DNA of 64,000 nucleotides from Torpedo marmorata. Its lineage: Eukaryota. This document shows positions 37,761 to 51,000 of this stretch, in pieces (positions within the stretch are counted from its first letter, which is position 1; the number at the start of each line of letters is the position of its first letter). The notes under the pieces are model-generated. The model worked only from the letters and a program-made list of their open reading frames with translations. It was not told the DNA's origin and ran no database searches. Position numbers and translations under genes: made by a program. The DNA lies in the NCBI GenBank assembly GCA_977017645.1, contig OZ360235.1, forward strand, positions 90,458,001 to 90,522,000, written 5' to 3'.

Positions 37761-38149
37761 GTTGCTTCTCCCATCGAGCAATGAATCTGTGGAATTCTCT
37801 GCCCAGAGAAGTAGGAGAGGCTGCCTCATAATTCCCCTCATTTAAAGGTTGATGGTGAGCAGGTGTGTAAGTGGAGCAGAGTGCACAGCCAGTTCTGCCA
37901 ACATCTCATTGATGGCCGACTCTGGCTCCTACTTTTTCTGGTCTTATGTCCCGTGTCAGATCAGATTGGGGTCATGTTAATCACACAATGCAATCTCAGA
38001 GCTCCCTCCACCCCATTTAATAGATCTACTCATCTTGTTGAACACCAGTGCAGGCTCAATGAGGCAATTTGGCCAACTCCTGTTCTTATTTCCCACCGGC
38101 TAAACAGGAAAGTATGCAGACGCTTGCAGTGCAATACACAAAGTATCTG

Positions 38150-38420
38150 ACCGCTTCCATCTCCAGTGACCTGGGTTCAACCCGAACCTCTTGGTGCTCA
38201 CTGTGTGGAGTTTTCATGTTCTGCCTGTGACCTCGTGGGTTTCCCTGGCCACTCCAATTTTCCTCCCCCATCCCAAAGACGTGTAGGTTAGGAAGTTAAT
38301 TGGCTGCTGTCAATTGTCCCCAGTGTGCAGGTGGACGGTAGATGATGAGGATGTGTGGAGAATATGACACAAGGAAAATTACTGGGTGAGCTAGCATAAA
38401 CTTGATGGGCCAAATGACCT
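38150..38420 (+). mobile_element. Older HE1-like V-SINE
   Basis: TGTGTGGAGTTTTCATGTTCT...CATCCCAAAGACGTG. Confidence 0.75.
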
Positions 38421-39410
38421 CCAAGTGTCATTGAAATGATGGAAATTGTATGTGTAAAATGGCAGTAGTTTAGGTCACTGTAGGAGAGGAACTGTGATTA
38501 ACCAGCCAGTGTTGTCACAACTGCACATTGAATGGAAGTCAGGAGATCCATTGAAACTTTAATGAGCTAAATGCGCCCAAGGAGGGCAAAATTAATCTTT
38601 GTCTGATTTTTAAAATGCATTCATACATTCCATGCTGTTCGAGGGTATATCCAGTTGTTTTTATTGGAGTGTGTCGTAAACTCCTCATTATAACTGGCTC
38701 CTGGAACCCAGCCAAGTGCCAGCTTTTAACGAGGCACGACTATTAGGGCTCATTTAGAATTAACTTGAGTGCAGGAGCAGCAGTGCTGGAATCATTTTGA
38801 ATGGAGCTGTTGTCCAATGTTTTTGGCTTGGCCTATTGAGTTAAATATGTCTGCTCGCAAACACGTTCATTGTTTTTGCCACGACAGTCTCCCTTTTATC
38901 CCCTCTGTCTCACTCAGTACCCGTGATGTAATGTTTTGTCAGTAAAGTAAATTGGGCTGACGACCATTCGTCCAAAAAAGAAGCCAGTGATTTTGGCGTC
39001 AGGACAGAGCTTTTGATTAAGTGAAAAAATATCGAAATGTCACTGAAGAAATTGGCTAATCACTTTGTGCAAAGACCTTTCCACTGTCTGTACCGTCATT
39101 TGAAGTCCACTAACTGGTGTGAAGTAGTTCCAGGTATGAACGGAACTTTCTACAAAATGCTGAACTTTCTCTGTTACAGACAAAAAATGTGACAGCTGCA
39201 ATGAATTGCCAGACTCTCTGGCACTGAATATTTGCTGCAGTGGGTGGATTCACTTTCCTTGAGCTTCTAGTGGTTTTGCAGTCATGAACAACGGCAAATT
39301 TAATTTCTTTCCATTAATGTTTCCGTACTGTCCCGTCCTTCCTTGCACAGTCGTGTCCTTTCTATCATCACTGCATCTTCAGTTTAACACAATTAATTCA
39401 CCCATTTTAG

Positions 39411-39535
39411 TTCATGCTTCCTCTGAGACGTTATACTGTGTTATCAATGGGCAGAAGGAAATTCTATTGGGTTCTTCCCAATTACGAAGATTAGTTCTGA
39501 TGATGTGGCAGCAAAGCAACCACAGTGAGGTGTAA
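39411..39535 (+). pseudogene. Eph terminal exon remnant (SAM helix 5 and PDZ-binding end)
   Basis: Acceptor CCCATTTTAG; NGQKEILLGSSQLRR...QQSNHSEV* resembles GHQKKILNSIQxMR..MNQIQSVEV*. Confidence 0.5.
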
Positions 39536-39852
39536 CATCATGGCCGAAAAAGTAACAGGAGCATTGCTTCTCAACCTTTCTCCATCCACAGATCATCTGC
39601 AATATTTTCCTCGACTTCCTGCCATCCACCTGTAACACATCCATGGTCCACCAGCACGGAGCCCTGTTGATTCAAGCCCCTTCTGAGACCAACAATGGAC
39701 ATTTTTTGTTTTGCTTTGGTGGAACATTTTTTGAGACTGTTACGTACTCAGAGAGCAGCAATAGAAATTAGCCAAGACAGTGTTATATTTAAAATAATAT
39801 TTTTATTATTAATTACCATAATATAACACCTTATCTAACTTATCTAAACTTA

Positions 39853-40104
39853 TCAGAATCAGAATTTATTGTCCTGAACAAGTCATGAGATTCGGAGTTT
39901 TGCGGCAGCATCATAGTGCAAACATTCATATTATAACCATCTTACAACATTACTATAAAAAAATGTAAATAATAGTGCACGAAAAGTAAGGCAGTTCATT
40001 GATTATTCAGGAATCTGATGGCAGCGGGGAAGAAGCTGTCCTTGTGCCGTTGAGTGCTTGTCTTTAGGCTCCTGTACCTTTTTCCCGATGGTAGCAGAGT
40101 GAAA
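39853..40104 (-). mobile_element. Rex1-type LINE 3' end
   Basis: (TCAGAA)n tail; 11-bp TSD ATCTAAACTTA at 39842-39852 and 40105-40115. Confidence 0.85.
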
Positions 40105-40295
40105 ATCTAAACTTAACCCCCAACTATGCGCGAATATACTTATGTGGGTGTGGTTATGTGTGTGTGTTGCATATCCAAAACTATTACAGCTCAGGCACGA
40201 TTCTGGAACGTCAGTTCAAAGTTCAGTCTCAGAAAATCCAGTGTTAACATGCAGGCTTTAAATTGATGCAACGAAGTGGTCACGAATTAGTTGGG

Positions 40296-41966
40296 GACCC
40301 TGGTCTAATGTGACGGAAAGACTGAGGGAAATAAATCTAAGTCATGAGGTTATGTTAGATAAATTGAAGGGATTAAAGGCAGACAAATCCCCAGGGCGAG
40401 ATAGTCTGCATCCCAGAGTGCTTAAGGAAGTAGCCCATGAAATAGTGGATGCATTAGTGATAATTTTTCAAAACTCTTTAGATTCTGGAGTAGTTCCTGA
40501 GGACTGGAGGGTGGCTAATGTGACTCCTCTTTTTAAAAAGGGAGGGAGAGAGAAAACAGGGAATTATAGACCGGTTAGCCTGACATCGGTAGTGGGGAAA
40601 ATGCAAGAGTTAGTTATTAAAGATGTGATTGCGGCACATCTGGAAAGTGGTGGAGTCATTGGACAGAGCCAGCATGGTTTTATGAAGGGAAAATCGTGTC
40701 TGACGAATCTTATTGAATTTTTTGAGGATGTAACTAGTAGAGTGGATAGGGGAGAACCAGTGGATGTGGTATACATGGATTTTCAGAAGGCTTTTGATAA
40801 GGTCCCACACAGGAGATTGGTGTACAAACTTAAGGCACACGGTATAGGGGGTATGGTATTGAGGTGGATAGAAAATTGGTTGACAGATAGGAAGCAAAGA
40901 ATAGGAATAAACGGGTACTTTTCGGAATGGCGGACAGTAACTAATGGGGTACCACAAGGCTCAGTGGTAGGACCCCAGTTATTTACAATATATATATTAA
41001 TGATCTAGATGAGGTAATAGAAAACAGCATTTCCAAGTTTGCAGATGACGCAAAGCTGGGTGGCAGTGTTAGCTGTGTGGAGGATGTTAAGAGGGTGCAG
41101 GGAGACTTGGACAGGTTGGGTGAGTGGGCAAATGCATGGCAGATGCAATATAATGTGGATAAGTGTGAGGTTATCCACTTTGGTGGCAAGAATGGGAGGG
41201 CTGAGTATTATCTTAATGGTATCCGATTAGGAAAAGGAGAGATGCAAAGAGACCTGGGTGTCGCTGTGCATCAGCCATTGAAAGTGGGCATGCAGGTGCA
41301 GCAAGCAGTAAAAAAAGCGAATGGTATGTTGGCGTTCATATCAAGAGGATTCGAGTACAGGAGCAGAGAGGTATTGATGCAGTTGTATCGGGCCTTGGTG
41401 AGACCTCACCTGGAGTATTGTGTTCAGTTTTGGTCTCCTTATCTGAGGAAAGACATCATTGCCATAGAGAGAGTGCAGAAAAGGTTTACTAGATTGATAC
41501 CAGGGATGGCAGGACTTGCATATGAAGAGAGGCTGGATCGACTAGGCTTATTCTCGCTGGAATTTAGAAGATTAAAAGGAGATCTAATAGAAACGTACAG
41601 AATTCTTAAGGGATTGGACAGGCTAGATGCAGTAAGGTTGTTCCCGATGTTGGGGAAGTCGAGAACCAGGGGTCACAGTTTAAGGATAAAGGGGAAGTCT
41701 TTTAGGACTGAGATGAGAAAAAAAATTTCACTCAGAGGGTGGTGAATTTGTGGAATTCTCTGCCACAGGAAGTAGTTGAGGCCGATTCCTTAGCTATATT
41801 TAAGAGGGAGTTAGATTTGGCACTTGTGACTAAAGGGATCAGGGGATATGGAGAGAGAGCTGGTACTGGGTACTGAGTGGATGATCAGCCATGATCAAAA
41901 CGAATGGCAGTGTAGGCTTAAAGGGCCAAATGGCCTACTCCAACATCTATTTTGTATGTTTCTATG
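40296..41966 (+). mobile_element. 5'-truncated CR1/HER1 LINE (RT domain), young with few frameshifts
   Basis: NYRPVSLTSVVGK, DFQKAFDKVPH, GVPQGSV, SKFADD, YCVQFWSP; CR1 3' tail. Confidence 0.96.
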
Positions 41967-43596
41967 AGAGACCGGGCGACAGACAGTTGTAAACTCACGA
42001 AATCCTTGTCGAGGTGCTTCCAGCGAAATGTACTTTCAGACGAGTGGTAGTCAAAATTCCCCTTTTTCTGGCGTAGGGGAAACGAAGTGAGTGACTTTCA
42101 CGATGCTTCCAGAACCCTTTCATGGGTCAGCCAAAATGACCATCATAATGGTCACGATGGGATTTAAACAATTTCCCTTCAAAGTGACCTTCCCTTTTGG
42201 TCGCGGTGTGGTACACTAATCCCCCTTCAAAAGTGACCTTTCCTTTGGCCACGGTGGGGTATACTCATTCTCCTTACAGGGAGAAATCAGACAAATTGTC
42301 CATGACCACACGAAGCCACTTCAGCACAGTATTACTTCAAAGAGCTGCTGCTCCTATGCTGCTTCCTTAAAATGGCCTCTGATCAAACAGTGTACTGTTT
42401 CTTTAATATGTTGGTCACATGGTCTCTGCACCTGTGTTCCAGGGACACTTCCTCTCTCTTCAGAAGTAGCGAAAATGAGTACACGCTGTCCCAACCTGTC
42501 AACTCACAGTCAATCTCCAAAGCTTGCAGGGCTTGCAGCTTGATTTGTTCTCTTAAAGTGACAGTCCCACTCAAATGAAAATGAACTGGGAGCACGTAAT
42601 AAGACATTTGTTCTTTGTCATCAAATTTACAACCTTGTTTTACATATTACTTGTTTATTACATCAATAATATTTGCCTTCGCTGCGCTTCACCGCAGATC
42701 ACCTATAACAGTGTTGTAAGAAGCCAGAGTCCCACATGTCTCCTGCACCATGACTCATGGTTTACCTTCTTGCCACTTTTCTGTACCAAGCCCTTACCCT
42801 TTGATTAATATATAACAGTACATCAATCCTTTTCATCAGCTGAGCTTGGCTGGAGAATTACTCCATGCTCAGGATGTCTCTGCCTTCTGGGTTGAGAAGT
42901 AAAACACGAAAATCTGTAGACACCTTGGTTGAAGTAAAAAACACAAATACTGGTTTCTTCTCTCCGTTCTGAATGGCTAAATTGTAGTTTGGAGTTTGGG
43001 GTGTCTTGACAAGATAATTGCAGTGATGATGTTTTCCCCTGGCCTGGAGAGTCTCAAACAAGGCGTCAGAGGCTTGCCATTCAGGACCGAAATAAGCAGA
43101 AATGTCTTCACCCAGCCGATGGTGAATCTTTGGAATTCTCTCCCCAAGAGGGTTGTGCAGGCACAATAGGAGAACTAGCCCACTCCTGCTTCTATTCCTT
43201 CTCTCAAAAACACTGGGGAAAAAATTCAAGGGAAAAAAAAGGTGAAACGATATTAAAAGACCGGTTCTGCTCACTGGAAGTAAAGAGAGCATTGGAGTAA
43301 AGATGCATTCAAATCCTGGAAGAGTGCCACCGATGCTGTCTCCATATCCTTCACATTTCACAGGAAGAATAAGCAAGCCAATGTTGGTGTCCTCTCCCAT
43401 GCCAACATCCCCACTATAGAGCTTACAAAAATCGGCTCCTTTGGCCCTCACTTTCCATCCCAAACATCAAACTCCGGAAACATTCCATTCCAAGCTCCGC
43501 ACAGGAGGAGGTGACAGGCCGGCAGGGAGAGAGGTGCAATGCACAATCGTGCTGGAGAAGCTCAGCAGGTCATTCAGCATCCACGGGAAGTGAAGG

Positions 43597-43636
43597 GTCA
43601 CCAACATTTCGGGCCTGGGCCCTTCATCAGGGTTAA
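43597..43636 (-). ncRNA. Minimal hammerhead ribozyme motif (Penelope)
   Basis: CTGATGA-A-GGGC-CCAG-GCCC-GAAA-TGTT. Confidence 0.65.
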
Positions 43637-44239
43637 GCAGGTGCCTGAACAGAAAAGTAGGGAGGTGGGGTGGGGGAGAGGAGGGAGGAAGGAGCGGGGG
43701 TGGGGGGGGGGGGGTGGGGAAGCACAGTCTAACAGCTAATAGGTGGATTTAAGTGGGAGGGTAGAAGAGAGAGGGCCGAGGGTAGCTTTCTGATAGGAGA
43801 AGAAAGAGGTGAGAATGGGGGATCATTTCGTTGAGCACCTTTGCTCTGTCCGCTGAAACAGCAAGGACCTCCCAGGGGCCAACTATTTCAATTCCACACA
43901 CTGTTGCCACGCTGACATGTCTGTCCATGGCCTCAAGTACTGCCAAACCAAGACCACTCGCAAATTGGAGGAACAACGCATTATGTTCTGTCTCGGCAGT
44001 CTCCAACCAGACGGCATTAATATCAACCTCCAGTTTCCGTTAACTCCTCCCTAGAGTTTCTCCTTTCCTCCAGATCTCCATCCCCTTCCCTCCCTCCTCC
44101 TATCCCTCGCCCTTGACCCTCTCCCCTTATCACCTCAGCATTTTTTCTCTTCTACCCTCCCACCTCTTACCTGTTAGCCTGTGCTCCTCCGCCTGCCCTT
44201 TCCTCCCTTTTCATTTCAGGCGCCTGCTTGTTTTTGCTT

Positions 44240-44278
44240 CTAGCTGACGAAGGGCCCAGGCCCGAAACATTGGTTACC
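44240..44278 (+). ncRNA. Minimal hammerhead ribozyme motif (Penelope)
   Basis: CTGACGA-A-GGGC-CCAG-GCCC-GAAA-CATT. Confidence 0.65.
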
Positions 44279-44466
44279 CTTTACTTCCTATGGATGCTGT
44301 GTGACCTGCTGAGTTTCTCCAGCACATTTGTGTATTGCACTCGACCCCAGCATCTGCAGACTTTTTTGTTTAACTCTAAAAGGCGGAGAGAAAGGTTCAA
44401 GAATGTGTTCGTCAACTCCTTGAAGAAATACAGTGTCCCCCCCTGCCTCCTGGAAATCTCTAGCCT

Positions 44467-44727
44467 TGATGTACCTATCAATGACAGACGCGAGTCTAGA
44501 AGTGCAGGAATTAATAGGCTTTTAATACCAGAATCAAGGCCAGGGCTAAGCTACACCTTGACCTGGTGATCCCTGCTGGATTGTCCCGGAACTGAGGGAG
44601 GAGTCAATGGCTCAAGGCCTTTATTCCAGGGAAAGGGGGGAGGAGTCACCGGGACAGACAGACAGGTCATGGTCATACTCGCCTCAGGCCACAATACCTA
44701 TATACATACTAAAAGTGGTTTACCACA
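44467..44727 (-). mobile_element. Solo LTR related to Gypsy element 2
   Basis: TGAT..CCTATCAAT ... AGTGGTTTACCACA termini as in 47694-47946; TSD AGCCT at 44462-44466 and 44728-44732. Confidence 0.9.
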
Positions 44728-46459
44728 AGCCTATGACCGCTCAAAGTAAGGAAAGCATTCAGGATAATGCATCGAGAGCCCAAGGGACAGAGATATGGTG
44801 GATGGTGAGAAACTTTTGTCACAAGAGTGATGCCCAAAATTAAATGATATAAATTCAAAGTGAGGAGTAAGAGGGGCTCTCACCACGAGGGTGGTTGTAA
44901 TTCTGGACGCACTGCCTGAGAAGGTAGTAGAGGTGGGCACTCCCACAACTTTTAACAAGTGTCCAGATGTCCACTTAAATCACCAAGGCTTGTGAATGGG
45001 ACAAGTGCAGACGGGTACTTGTGGTCAGCATGGATATAGTGAGCTGAAGGCTATGTTTCAGCGCTGTATAGTTCGATGACTTTGACACAGGTATAGATCC
45101 ACAATAACCATCTGATATCCATTGAAGTACAGGGACACCGTTCAGGGTATTTAAAAGGGGTAACGGTGAACTCTGGATCTTAAGGCAGAAACTGTTAAAA
45201 TGCCCAAAATACTGGAAAACTGTTTCCTTTGAAACCGTTTATTTTTGGTGATTTCTATTGTGCAACGATGTGGCGTGACATTGAACTATCAGAATTGAAC
45301 TTCTGGATTATTTTATAATACCGATCATTTTCCTTTGCCCAGAAGTTTGAGTGAGCAGTTATTTTCCACAGTGCATCGTGATCCAGCTTCAGTTTTACAC
45401 TGAGAGTAAATCGCCTTTTAATTGTTCCTGAGTGAAATCATGGCAAACAGAAAATTGGACAGGGTACTTTTGATCCCCATCCATGTGAGTACATTGCTCC
45501 AGAGAGAACAATCCAAGTTTGTCCAACCTCTCAAGTGGGTCGAGTGTGGGTGGGACATTTTGGTCAGCATGGGTAAGTTGGGCTGAAGGGCCTGTTTCCA
45601 CACTGTATGACACTTTGACCTGACCTTCTCTGTTGTCAGATCCATTTGCAGCATTCCAACGTAGATTGGAGCCCAAAGCTCGAAGCTGGCGTGATCTGAC
45701 TCCGTCTCGGAGCATGTTGCCCCTCCTTTGTTGCGGAGGGGCACACAGCTGACAGTGGGAGAGCCGATGACCACTCTGGCAGGGTCAGGGATCTCGGTGC
45801 AGGAGCATGGATGTGCCAGCAAAGAGCCCAATGCCGCAGGGGTACCGCTTGCTACACCTGGCTCCCCCCGATGTACAATGGATGAGCAGGCTCAGGTGTT
45901 CCGGGTTTGAATCCGTTGCCTGTAGGAAGACCTTTAGTTGCACTCTTGCATCTGGACTGCCCCTTCCATGAAGGTCAAAGTCACTTTGCTGCAGAATTTT
46001 TCCAAGCGACTGCGACAGATCCCTGCGTGCTTCCAATTCATCGCTTGCTGCCACATCGGAGAGGTCACCAAGCATGGTAGTCATATAAAGAAATGGCTTC
46101 ATTTAGTTTCATTTCAGTGAGGAGCAGATATCCAACTTAGTTTCCGTGTAGCACACGAATCTTGGTCATACTGAGGAAATCCAGACTGCTGCGCCCTTTC
46201 AGTGATTCGAACTGCCTTGAGAGATGGATCATGGGAGACGAGGTTTGCCCTCTCCCTCCGTGGCTCCTCACACCACTCTGTCTCCAGTGACAGAACTCCA
46301 ACATAAGAGCCATCCGAGCTCCAGGATCATACACCAGAGATCTCCCATTCAATAGTAAAACACGAAAATCTGTGGACACCGTGGTTGAAGTAAAAAACAC
46401 AAATGCTGGAGAAACTCAGCAGGTTAAACAGTGTATTTTATGTAGCAAAGGTAGAAATA

Positions 46460-46500
46460 CATAACCGACGTTTCGGGCTTGAGCCCTTCATCAAAGTATG
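46460..46500 (-). ncRNA. Minimal hammerhead ribozyme, U3 variant
   Basis: TTGATGA-A-GGGC-TCAA-GCCC-GAAA-CG-TC-GGTTATG. Confidence 0.7.
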
Positions 46501-46677
46501 AGAAAATGCCGGTAGGCGTCCGAACAAAAGAGTGAGGGGGGAAGGGGGATGGCAAAGGCAGGAGATGATAGGTGGAGAAAGGAGGGAGGGGACAACAGCA
46601 AAGAGGGGGAGGAGGGATGGCTAGGTAGCTGGAGAAAAACAGGAAGGACAGGTGAGGGGGGAGGGGAAGGGAACGAC

Positions 46678-47619
46678 AAGACTCTCCCCTTCCTGGATCT
46701 CTCTGTCTCCATCTCGGGAGACAAGCTTTCCACCGACATTTACTACAAACCCTCCAACTCCCACAACTATCTGGACTACACATCCTCACACCCTGTCCCC
46801 TGCAAGGACTCCATCCCCTTCTCTCAATTTCTCCGCCTACGCCGCATCTGTTCCCAAGATGAGGTGTTCCACTCCAGATCTTCTGAAATGTCTGCCTTTT
46901 TCCACAAACGTGGCTTCCCCTCCACCACCATCAACTCAGCCCTCACCCGCATCTCCTCCATTTCCCACTCATCTGCCCTGGCACCCTCTGCCCCCAGACG
47001 CAAAAAACATAGAATCCCCCTCATCCTCATGTACCACCCCACCAGCCACCGCATCCAACACATTATCCACCGGAATTTCCGGCACTTACTACAGGATCCC
47101 ACCACCAGACACATTTTTCCTTCTCCTCCCCTCTCGGCCTTCCGTAGGGACCGCTCCCTCCGCGATTCACTCGTGCACTCATCCCTCCCCACCCATCGCA
47201 CCCCCGGCACCTTCCCCTGTGCCCGCAGGAGGTGCAACACCTGTGCCCACACCTCCCCCCTCACCACGGTCCATGGCCCCAAACAGGCCTTCCAAGTGAA
47301 ACTACACTTCACTTGTACATCCAGAGAACTTATTTACTGCATCCGGTGCTCCCTTTGTGGCTTTCTCTACATTGGAGAGACCGGTCGTAGATTTGGAGAC
47401 CGCTTTGCTGAGCACCTCATCTCCGTCCGCAACAACAGCGACCTCCCAGTAGCCAACCATTTCGATTCCGGATCACACTCCCACACTCACATGTCTGTCC
47501 ATGGCCACATGTACTATCCCACCCAGACTACCCGCAAATTGGAGGAACAACATCTCATATTCCGTCTCGGCACTCTCCAGCCAGATGGCATTAACATTGA
47601 CTTTTCTGCTTTCCACTAA
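46678..47619 (+). CDS. Penelope RT thumb and GIY-YIG endonuclease (partial, open)
   Basis: LPFLDL, YLDYTSSHP, CARRRCNTC, LIYCIRCSLCGFLYIGETGRRFGDRFAEH, LQPDGIN. Confidence 0.92.
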   Translation, partial: KTLPFLDLSVSISGDKLSTDIYYKPSNSHNYLDYTSSHPVPCKDSIPFSQFLRLRRICSQDEVFHSRSSEMSAFFHKRGFPSTTINSALTRISSISHSSALAPSAPRRKKHRIPLILMYHPTSHRIQHIIHRNFRHLLQDPTTRHIFPSPPLSAFRRDRSLRDSLVHSSLPTHRTPGTFPCARRRCNTCAHTSPLTTVHGPKQAFQVKLHFTCTSRELIYCIRCSLCGFLYIGETGRRFGDRFAEHLISVRNNSDLPVANHFDSGSHSHTHMSVHGHMYYPTQTTRKLEEQHLIFRLGTLQPDGINIDFSAFH

Positions 47620-48029
47620 ACCTGCTTGTCGTTCCCTTCCCCTCCCCCCTCACCTGTCCTTCCTATTTTTCTCCAGCTACCTAGCCATCCCTCTGATAGG
47701 CCTATCAATAAGCACTCAAAAGACTATGAGTGGAAACGAACCATAGGCTTTTATTATCATTAAACACAGCTACAGTCGACCTGCAGATCTGATCCCGGAC
47801 TGTGGGCGGGACGGTGGCACAATGGCCTTTATTCAGGTGAGGAAGGGGGAGGGATTACCGGGACACCCAGGGGAGGGGGAGGAGACACCGGGACAGACCG
47901 CAGGACATACTCATACTACACAATACCTAAACAGTGGTTTACCACATTCACCCCTCCTTTTAAAAGAGTCCAGCGGGGTGACGTGACCACAGTGACTATT
48001 TTACAGAAAACATATATTTACATTTAATT

Positions 48030-51000
48030 TTACAGGTCAAGGCGATCCGGTGGTCTGATTCGCCGCTGCGACCTGCGCAGTCCCCGTGGTGACGGGGCGG
48101 GTTGTGGTGATGGGGGAGATGGCAGGATTGTCTGTGAGGTCGCCTCCTGCCTGGCTTCTTGGTGTGTACTCGGTCCCGGCGAGGGTGCTGGGTCTGATGT
48201 GCTGGAAGGGGGATTAGGGAGGGGTTGCAGCAAGTGGTCTTGCCCGTCGAGGGTTTCTTCCGGTGCTCCAGCGGGCGCCAGGTCACGAATTGACACCGTG
48301 TCCTCTCGCCCATCAGGGAAGACCACGTAGGCATACTGCGGGTTAGCGTGCGCTAACTGCACCCTCTGGACCGTCGGCTCATATTTGCTGCTCCGAAGGT
48401 GGTTGCGGAGCAGCACAGGACCCGGGGACGTCAGCCAGGCAGGTAGGGTGGTTCCGGTGTTCGACTTCCTGGGGAAGGAGAAAAGTCGTTCGTGAGGGGT
48501 TGCATTCGTGGACGTGCACAGCAGGGACCGGATAGAGTGGAGGGCTTCGGGGAGGACATCCTGCCAGCGGGAGACCAGCAGTCCCCTGGACTTGAGAGCC
48601 AGGAGCGCGGCCTTCCAGACAGTAGCGTTCTCCCTTTCCACCTGTCCATTTCCCCGGGGGTTGTACCCTGTGGTCCTGCTAGTGGCGATGCCTCGGGTCA
48701 GTAGGTACTGTCGCAGCTCCTCACTCATAAAAGCTGATCCCCAGTCGCTATGTATATAGTTCGGGAAACCAAATAGCGTAAATACCTGGTGAAGAGCTTT
48801 TATGGTTGAGGTAGCCGACGTGTCGGGGCAGGGGATGGCGAAGGGGAACCGCGAGTACTCATCAATAATGTTCAGAAAATACACATTGCGGTTCGTGGAG
48901 GGAAGGGGGCCCTTGAAGTCAATGCTGAGACGTTCAAAAGGGCGGGTGGCTTTGACCAGCTGTGCCTTGTCGGGGCGGTAGAACTGAGGTTTGCACTCCG
49001 CGCAAACCCGACAACTGCTGATCATTGTCCTGACCTCTTCCAGGGAGTATGGCAGGTTCCGTGACTTCACGAAGTGAAAGAGCCTGGTAACTCCCGGGTG
49101 GCAGAGGGCGTCATGTAGGGCGTGTAACCGGTCGATCTGCGCGCTGGCGCATGATCCCCGGGATAGAGCATCGGAGGGCTCATTGAGCTTCCCGGGCCGG
49201 TAAAGGATGTTGTAATTGTAGGTGGAGAGTTCTATTCTCCACCTCATGATCTTGTCATTTTTGATCTTACCCCACTGCTGATTGTTGAACATAAACGCCA
49301 CAGAGCGTTGATCTGTCAGCAGGGTAAAATGCTTACCGGCGAGATAGTGCCTCCAGTGCCTGATGGCTTCCACTTTGGCCTGGGCTTCCTTCTCCACCGC
49401 GGAGTGCCGAATTTCGGGGCCTTGGAGGGTCCGTGAGAAAAACGCCACCGGCCTTCCTGCCTGGTTGAGGGTAGCAGCCAGCGCGAAGTCCGATGCGTCG
49501 CTCTCTACCTGAAAAGGTGTCTCTTCATCCACCGCGTGCATTGTTGCTCGTGCAATGTCCCCTTTTATAAGGTCAAACGCCTTACGCGCCTCCGAAGCAA
49601 GGGGAAATGCGGTGGATTTCACAAGGGGTCGGGCCTTATCAGCATAATTGGGAACCCACTGTGCATAGTATGAGAAGAACCCGAGGCATCGTTTAAGGGC
49701 TTTGGGGGTGGAGGGAAGTGGAAGTTCCAGCAGGGGCCGCATGCGGTCGGGGTCGGGTCCAATCACCCCGTTCTCTACCACATACCCCAAAATGGCGAGG
49801 CGAGTGGTACCAAACACGCATTTGTCTTTATTATACGTGAGGTTTAATGCTTTGGCCGCCTGCAGGAACCTCCGGAGGTTGTTGTCGTGGTCCTGACGAT
49901 CATGACCACAGAAGGTAATGTCGTCCAGGTATGGGAAAATGGCCTTGAGTTTATAGTGATCCACAATCCTGTCCATCTCCCGCTGGAATACTGACACACC
50001 ATTAGTGACCCCGAAAGGGACACGCAGGAAATGGAACAGCCTGCCATCCGCCTCGAACGCAGTGTATGGACGGTCCTCCCTTCGGATAGGGAGCTGATGG
50101 TATGCCGATTTTAGGTCTATCGTCGAGAAAAACCTATACTGAGCAATTTGATTTACTATATCCGCTATTCGTGGTAGCGGATATGCGTCCAGCTGCGTGA
50201 ATCGGTTGATGGTTTGGCTGTAGTCCACCACCATCCTACTCTTGGCCCCTTTTACTACGACTACCTGGGCTCTCCAGGGACTATTACTTCTCTCAATAAT
50301 CCCTCCCTGTAATAATCTCTGCACCTCCGTCTTGATAAACGCCCTGTCCCCCGCACTGTATCGCCTGCTCTTGGTTGCCACCGGTTTACAGTCAGGGGTC
50401 AGGTTGGCGAATAGCGACGGGGGTGAGATCTTAAGGGTGGAGAGGCCACAGGTAGTCTGGGGCGTGTTGTTCAGGAACTGGTGGTTCGCTACAGTGATCG
50501 CAGGGTGGGGACCGTCATACCGCATCGTGACACTCCGTAAGTGGCTCTGAAAGTCAAGACCCAGTAATACTGGCGCACATAAACGATTCATAATAAATAA
50601 GGAGAATTGCCGATACTCTGTCCCTTGTACCACAATATTCGCCACACAAGTCCCCCGGATGTCTGTTGTGTGTGACCCAGACGCCATGGCCACCCTCTGG
50701 CTTACCGGTATGGTAGTCAGGCCACAGCGCTGAACAGTGTCCGGGTGAATAAAACTCTCCATGCTGCCAGTATCAAAAAGACAAGTGGTTTTGTGCCCCT
50801 CCACCAGGATGTCCATCATGGATCGCGACAGCTGGTGGGGAACTCTCTGGTCGAGGGTGACTGATGCTAAGGTCGGGATGTAGTCGTCTTGATCCGCAGT
50901 TACTAAAGATGGCCGCTCCCGTGGGTTGCACATGTCGCTGCTGCTCGCGCTGCAAGATGGCAGCGGTGGAAGTGCCGGAAGTACCGACGTAGGGCTATAA

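Larger units (their letters stand above)
14229..39535 (+). pseudogene. Heavily decayed, unprocessed Eph receptor tyrosine kinase pseudogene (closest by eye to EphA2/EphA1 type)
   Basis: Collinear remnants of LBD, Cys-rich, FN3, FN3, TM, kinase, SAM and C-terminus in the non-repeat islands; see the individual exon features. Confidence 0.7.
39738..42710. mobile_element. Probable solo LTR hosting two LINE insertions
   Basis: TGTTA...TAACA inverted termini; no TSD found. Confidence 0.45.
43530..44375. mobile_element. Penelope fragment with inverted terminal repeats
   Basis: 43530-43810 (-) and 43820-44375 (+) share the tail and hammerhead; GIY-YIG C-terminal RKLEEQ remnant. Confidence 0.85.

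Noticed and set aside
45620-46340. Possible Tx1-like ORF1 remnant on the minus strand
   Set aside because: Only faint similarity; no intact Zn-knuckle motif.
46549-46677. N-terminus of the 356-aa ORF
   Set aside because: Read-through from the inverted terminal repeat, not Penelope coding sequence.
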